This document shows, one piece after another, positions 59,281 through 64,000 of a stretch of 64,000 nt of DNA. Numbering within the stretch: the first letter of the stretch is position 1; each line of letters starts with the position of its first letter. This DNA comes from Candidatus Brocadiia bacterium (GTDB lineage Bacteria > Planctomycetota > Brocadiia > CAIUPP01): assembly GCA_050015075.1 (NCBI GenBank), contig JBEKCB010000001.1, forward strand, positions 194,847 to 258,846, in the 5' to 3' direction. The notes beneath the pieces were generated by a model. The model ran no database searches. It was not told the DNA's origin and worked only from the letters and a program-made list of their open reading frames with translations. A program made the position numbers and the translations under genes.

Positions 59281-59529
59281 TCACTCGTCGGTCGGCTCGT
59301 GCTCAACGCAATCATCCGGAATCTCGTCCGCCTCGGCGTTGATCAGCATGTTATGCTTCTTGCAGGCGAGCGTGCCGGCGGCCGAATTGACCTCCTCGGC
59401 GTACTTGCACTTGGCGCAGCGGGAGAAGGTCGCGCTGTCCACGGCCGGCGGACCGGCCGGCGCGGCCTCGGCAGCCGGTTCCGCGGGAGCCTCTTTCGGC
59501 TGGGCCGGCCCGTTGGGCGATTCGGTCAT
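59281..59529 (-). CDS. Small cysteine-rich, probably metal-binding protein
   Basis: CAKC...CKKH...C; GAGGA RBS; TTGACA-N19-TACAAT upstream (59608-59578). Confidence 0.65.
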   Translation of the reverse strand: MTESPNGPAQPKEAPAEPAAEAAPAGPPAVDSATFSRCAKCKYAEEVNSAAGTLACKKHNMLINAEADEIPDDCVEHEPTDE

Positions 59530-59705
59530 CTTCTCGTCCTCATCCCGGAAACCGGATGCGCCGGCTCCGGTGGAGCTATTGTATCCGATAGGGCCGCCGG
59601 GCTGTCAAATTGCGTTTGCGGAGCCGCGGCGATTATCGTAGGATATGCAAACCGCCGCTGCCGGCGGCCTCGCTGAGTTCCCCCGGAAAACATGGAAGGC
59701 GCAAC

Positions 59706-62498
59706 ATGAACGGATCGGAAGTGCGGCGCCGGTTCCTCCGGTTCTTCGAGGAGCGCGGCCACCGGGTCATGCGGTCCGACTCGCTCGTCCCGCCGGCGGA
59801 GGACAAGTCGCTCCTCTTCACCGGCGCGGGGATGAACCAGTTCAAGAACGAGTTCATGGGCCGCGGCCAGCCCGGCCTTGCGCGCGCCGCCACCAGCCAG
59901 AAATGCTTCCGCACCGGCGACGTGGACAACGTCGGCCGCACCGCCTTCCACCACACCTTCTTCGAGATGCTCGGCAATTTCTCGTTCGGCGACTACTTCA
60001 AGCGCGAGGCGATCCTCTGGGCGTGGGAGTTCATGACGCAGGAGATGAAGCTCCCGCCCGAGCGGCTGCGCGTCAGCGTGTACGAGGAGGACGACGAGGC
60101 GTACGACATCTGGCACAAGGAAGTCGGCCTCGACCCGAAGATCATCTACCGGTACGGCCAGCACGATAACTTCTGGCCGGCGGACTGCCCCAGGAACGGG
60201 CCGAACGGCCTGTGCGGCCCCTGCTCGGAAATCTTCTACGATTACGGCCCCGAGGTCGGCTGCCGCAAGCCGGACTGCCAGCCCTCGTGCAGTTGCGGGC
60301 GGTTCTGCGAGGTCTGGAACCTGGTCTTCCAGCAGTTCGACCGCAAGGACGGCGGCGCGCTCGACCCGCTGCCGACGCGCAACATTGACACCGGCATGGG
60401 CCTCGAACGCATGGCCGCGGTGATGCAGGGCGTCCGCAGCAACTTCGACATTGATCTCTTCGTGCCGATCATTCAGGCCATCGAGCGCGAGACGGAAACG
60501 GCTTACGCGCCCGTCCGCGAGACGCGCGAGGGCGTCGCCTTCCGCCGCATCGCCGACCACGTCCGCGCCGCAGCGTTCTGCATCGGCGACGGCGTGCTGC
60601 CCGGCAACACCGGCCGCGACTACGTCCTCCGCAAGCTCATCCGCCGCGCCGTGCTCGATGGCGGCCGGCTCGGGAAGAAAGCGCCGTTCCTCTACCGCCT
60701 CGTCCCGGTCGTCGCGCGCGTGATGGAGGACCAGTATCCCGACCTGGCCGAGCGCCGCGAGAACATCGCGCGCCTCATCCGCATCGAGGAGGAGCGCTTC
60801 CACCAGACGCTCGACCTCGGCCAGGCGATCCTCCAGGAACTCATCGAGAAACTGCGCGCCGCCGACGAAAAGAAGCTGCCCGGCGGCGAGGCCTTCCGCC
60901 TGTTCGACACGTACGGCCTGCCGCTCGACGTGACGCAGTCGCTGCTCGAGGACGAGGGCATGACGACCGACGCGGACGAGTTCGAGTCGGAGATGGGCCG
61001 CCAGCGCGAGCGCGCGCGCAAGGGGACGAAAATCTCCGCCGACATCTTCGGTGCCGGCCCGATCGCCGAGCTCCAGGAACGCGGCGCTGGCACAGTTTTC
61101 GAAGGATACGAAAATGACGAGAGCGTGGGAATGGTCCTCGGCATAGTGGCATTGGTTGACGAGAATAGCGCTGAATGGGCGTCAAATCTTTTCCCAGTTC
61201 GCATTGGAAATAAAGTCCTTTTCATGTGGAAACGTCTGGACGAGATCGAACAAGGCGCAGAAGCTGCGCTGGTGCTCGACCGCACCAGTTTCTACGGCGA
61301 GTCGGGCGGCGAAGTCGGCGACACCGGAATCCTAGAGGGCAATGCCGCCAGGTTCGAAGTCTCCGATTCGCAGCGCGCCGCATACAGGAACTTAAACGTT
61401 GGTCATCTCGTCGGCAATCGTATCGAAGAGGAAGTAATCGAGCAGCGCGCCGAAGGAATGGTCCTCCACATTGGCAAAGTCATCGCCGGCCGGATCCGCC
61501 TGGGCGACAAGCTGACCACGCGGCCCGACGTCGCGCGCCGCGCCGCGATACGCCGCAACCACACCGCCACGCACCTGATGCACCACGCGCTGCGCGAAGT
61601 GCTCGGCCGGCACGCCGAACAGGCCGGCTCGCTCGTCGCGCCCGACCGGCTGCGGTTCGATTTCCATCACATGCAGGCCGTGACCGAGCAGGAGCTGCGG
61701 CTCGTCGAGGACAAGGTCAACGAGAAAATCCTGGCGAACACACCGGTCGGCTCGCGCATCATGCCGATCGCGCAGGCGAAGGCCGAGGGGGCGATGGCGC
61801 TCTTCGGCGAGAAATACGGCGACGAGGTCCGGCTGCTCGACATCGGCGGCTACTCCAAGGAACTTTGCGGCGGACTGCACTGTCACGCGACCGGCGACAT
61901 CGGCCTCTTCCGCATCGTCAGCGAAAGCTCCGTCGCGGCCGGGATCCGGCGCATCGAGGCGGCCACCGGGCTGGAGGCGCTCCGGCTCGTGCGCGCGAAG
62001 GAGGACCTGCTCGACCGGCTCTCCGAGGCGCTCGGCGCGCCCGAGGCGCGGCTGTTCGAGCGAGCGGAGCAGCTCTCGCAGCAGATCCGCGACTTGCGCA
62101 AGGACCTTCAGAAAGCCAAGCAATCCTCCGGCCGCGGCGCGGACGACTACCTCAAGGCGGCGAAGGAAATCGGCGGCGCGAAACTTGTCGCGGCGAAAGT
62201 CGAAGGCGCGACCGCCGACGACCTTCGCGCGCTGGTGGATCAACTGCGGCGGCTCGCGCCTTCGCATGCGCTGGCGCTCGGCTCGGTCAGCGACGAGCGA
62301 GTGAACATCATTGTCGCGATCAGCAAGGACCTCGTCGCGCGCGGCCTGCACGCCGGCAAAATCGCCGGCGAAGCCGCCAAGCTCGTCGGCGGCGGCGGCG
62401 GCGGAAAACCCGACATGGCCCAGGCCGGCGGCAAAGACCCGTCCGGCCTCGACAAGGCCATCGAGACCGCCGCGCGGCTCATCGCGGAAAAGCTCTGA
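59706..62498 (+). CDS. alaS: Alanine--tRNA ligase
   Basis: LLFTGAGMNQFK, HHTFFEMLGNFSFGDYFK, DTGMGLER, HTATHL, ELCGGLH, GGGGK..MAQAG. Confidence 0.98.
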   Translation: MNGSEVRRRFLRFFEERGHRVMRSDSLVPPAEDKSLLFTGAGMNQFKNEFMGRGQPGLARAATSQKCFRTGDVDNVGRTAFHHTFFEMLGNFSFGDYFKREAILWAWEFMTQEMKLPPERLRVSVYEEDDEAYDIWHKEVGLDPKIIYRYGQHDNFWPADCPRNGPNGLCGPCSEIFYDYGPEVGCRKPDCQPSCSCGRFCEVWNLVFQQFDRKDGGALDPLPTRNIDTGMGLERMAAVMQGVRSNFDIDLFVPIIQAIERETETAYAPVRETREGVAFRRIADHVRAAAFCIGDGVLPGNTGRDYVLRKLIRRAVLDGGRLGKKAPFLYRLVPVVARVMEDQYPDLAERRENIARLIRIEEERFHQTLDLGQAILQELIEKLRAADEKKLPGGEAFRLFDTYGLPLDVTQSLLEDEGMTTDADEFESEMGRQRERARKGTKISADIFGAGPIAELQERGAGTVFEGYENDESVGMVLGIVALVDENSAEWASNLFPVRIGNKVLFMWKRLDEIEQGAEAALVLDRTSFYGESGGEVGDTGILEGNAARFEVSDSQRAAYRNLNVGHLVGNRIEEEVIEQRAEGMVLHIGKVIAGRIRLGDKLTTRPDVARRAAIRRNHTATHLMHHALREVLGRHAEQAGSLVAPDRLRFDFHHMQAVTEQELRLVEDKVNEKILANTPVGSRIMPIAQAKAEGAMALFGEKYGDEVRLLDIGGYSKELCGGLHCHATGDIGLFRIVSESSVAAGIRRIEAATGLEALRLVRAKEDLLDRLSEALGAPEARLFERAEQLSQQIRDLRKDLQKAKQSSGRGADDYLKAAKEIGGAKLVAAKVEGATADDLRALVDQLRRLAPSHALALGSVSDERVNIIVAISKDLVARGLHAGKIAGEAAKLVGGGGGGKPDMAQAGGKDPSGLDKAIETAARLIAEKL

Positions 62499-62515
62499 AA
62501 CGGCGCGTCCGCTCT

Positions 62516-62541
62516 CACCACCAAGACACCAAGGCACCAAG
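62516..62541. repeat. Short octamer tandem repeat (CACCAAG[A/G])
   Basis: caccaccaagacaccaaggcaccaag just after the alaS stop. Confidence 0.65.
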
Positions 62542-62770
62542 AACGGCCCAAACCGTTTTTGCGTCCTAACTAGCTGTAGTACGACGAGTTGTGATAATAC
62601 TGTACCAAGGCGTTTTGGCTACAGTTGTTATGATAAATTGGATTCGTTTTTTCAAATAGCTTTTTGTGCGTTATCTTGTTCCCCATCAGCAACTTGCGAC
62701 TTCTCGTGCGCTAACATTCCATACCGGCATTATAACACCGGATTTCGGCGTGGAGCGGGCGGGGAAAGAC

Positions 62771-62853
62771 GGTGCGCTTCGCAGCGGGTTCAGTGCGGTT
62801 GGCAGTGGTTTGAGTGCGCTTCAGTGCGCTTCGGAGCGGGTTGAGTGCGCTTT
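62771..62853. repeat. Degenerate 10/11-bp phased repeats
   Basis: Alternating AGTGCGCTTC-like 10-mers and GCAGCGGGTTC-like 11-mers, eight units. Confidence 0.65.
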
Positions 62854-62887
62854 TTCCGGCGAGGTGGATTTGACAGGAATAATTCAA

Positions 62888-62916
62888 TTGACAAGCGGAA
62901 TTCCGAGGGTCAGAAT
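62888..62916 (+). promoter_or_regulatory. Putative sigma70 promoter
   Basis: TTGACA-N17-CAGAAT; second TTGACA at 62870. Confidence 0.5.
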
Positions 62917-62994
62917 ACGACCTTCGATGGCCGACCGTCGCGTGAATAGAGTCTAACTGAGGAATTCCGGCTCAAGCCTGGGGCAGGCATATTC

Positions 62995-63357
62995 ATGGCG
63001 TTCGATGACCTCGATGATCCGCCGTCCGGGAGCTTCTGGCAGAAGTGGTTCGGAGGAATCGTCGTTCCAATCGTGACCGCCTGGTACTGCATTGACTGCA
63101 TCGCAACACAAGAAGCAACGTGGAGCGGCAGGTTCAGCTTACCTAGGTTCAGCTTCCCTAGCGAGCAGTTGCAGGGATTCAACGCATGCCTGTTGGGGAT
63201 CGTAGTGCTTGCGGGCGGACTCTTCGCGCACTTCCATTACTTCTGGGGACTGGTGGACCGTCTTGAACCCTATTCCGTCGCCGGCAAGATAGCGGCGCTG
63301 TTGCTCCTCCTCGCGTCGCTGTTTCTTCTCATCGTTCGAGTGGGAGTTTTCGGCTAG
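62995..63357 (+). CDS. Hypothetical membrane protein
   Basis: 120 aa, three hydrophobic segments, AHFHYFWG. Confidence 0.65.
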   Translation: MAFDDLDDPPSGSFWQKWFGGIVVPIVTAWYCIDCIATQEATWSGRFSLPRFSFPSEQLQGFNACLLGIVVLAGGLFAHFHYFWGLVDRLEPYSVAGKIAALLLLLASLFLLIVRVGVFG

Positions 63358-63389
63358 TCGCGCATTTTGTATTCGGGGGGCACGCGACT

Positions 63390-63499
63390 TTCGTCGTGCT
63401 CGTTCTCGTCGTCGTCCTCGGCCTCGGTTGTTCCATACGAGAGTTCGAGGACGAGGACGAGAGCGAGGACGAGGACGAGAACGGCCAGGACGAGGACGA
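63390..63499. repeat. Hexamer (CGAGGA) inverted-repeat element, degenerate long copy
   Basis: ctcgtc-type left arm, 19-nt loop 63427-63445, gaggac-type right arm. Confidence 0.8.
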
Positions 63500-63510
63500 T
63501 TGGCTGCGGC

Positions 63511-64000
63511 TCATCCGGCGGCGAAGCAGAGGAGATAGAGGTCGTAGATCGCGTGCGTCCAGGCGGCGATGCCGAAGCCGCGGGTGAGGAAGACCAGCCC
63601 GAGGATCATGCCTGCGGCCAGGCGATAGATGAACGTGCCGAGTTCCGGCGTCTCGCCGCCCGCCAGGAAATGCGCCGCGCTGAAGAACGCGCCGCTGAGC
63701 ACCAGCGCCAGCGCGCCGGCGGTGACGGGCCGCAGTTTCCCGACCTCCTTCGCCAGGTAAAATATCGCGCCCAGGATGGCGAACCGGAAGAACGCCTCCT
63801 CGTAAAATCCCGCGCCGGCCGCGACGACGAGCTTGAGCGGGAAGTCGTCCAGGTGTGGCGAGAACCCGCCGAACTTCAGTTCGCCGGTGATCGGCGCGAG
63901 CGCCAGCGGCCCCAGGATCATGGCGTAGAGCAGGCTCTCGGAGAACATGCCGAGAAACGTCCCCGCGTGCAGCGCGCCGAGCCGGCCGACCCGCCAGACC
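63511..64000 (-). CDS. CPBP family intramembrane glutamic endopeptidase (5' end beyond the window)
   Basis: AGFYEEAFFR, FSAAH, THAIYD; frame open to the window edge. Confidence 0.85.
   Translation of the reverse strand, partial: VWRVGRLGALHAGTFLGMFSESLLYAMILGPLALAPITGELKFGGFSPHLDDFPLKLVVAAGAGFYEEAFFRFAILGAIFYLAKEVGKLRPVTAGALALVLSGAFFSAAHFLAGGETPELGTFIYRLAAGMILGLVFLTRGFGIAAWTHAIYDLYLLCFAAG

Noticed and set aside
62771-62853. Possible CRISPR array
   Set aside because: Units are 10-11 bp and adjacent, with no unique spacers; no cas genes in the window.
63396-63587. 63-aa ORF with acidic EDEDE run (and S/RP-rich ORFs over 52348)
   Set aside because: Translation of the CGAGGA repeat element; overlaps the CPBP gene.

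Overview
GC-rich bacterial chromosome segment. The gene set (dnaN-DciA-gyrB order, DUF1559-like pilin, Hanks kinase, ECF/anti-sigma pair) suggests Planctomycetota/PVC; this is inference only. The window contains the probable replication origin (dnaA-oriC-dnaN-DciA-gyrB) and housekeeping genes: sdhCDAB, eno, alaS, murD, rodA, and a class II ribonucleotide reductase with a LAGLIDADG intein. It also has peptide and sugar ABC transporter genes, an RND pump, a HicBA toxin-antitoxin pair and several uncharacterised operons. No CRISPR array, rRNA, tRNA, transposase or prophage was seen. Most notable observations: (1) two low-GC in-frame micro-insertions in alaS, each bounded by direct repeats; (2) at least five families of small intergenic repeat/hairpin elements, three of them in more than one copy; (3) GyrB with both quinolone-pocket residues substituted; (4) a tandem ATP-grasp ligase/GNAT/DUF89 operon; (5) a DUF692 enzyme at the end of a rodA-radical SAM-kinase operon; (6) a Rok-like nucleoid protein; (7) an AEP-like orphan; (8) a perfect 28-bp palindrome upstream of nrdJ. 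All product calls come from recognising motifs by eye; no searches were run.
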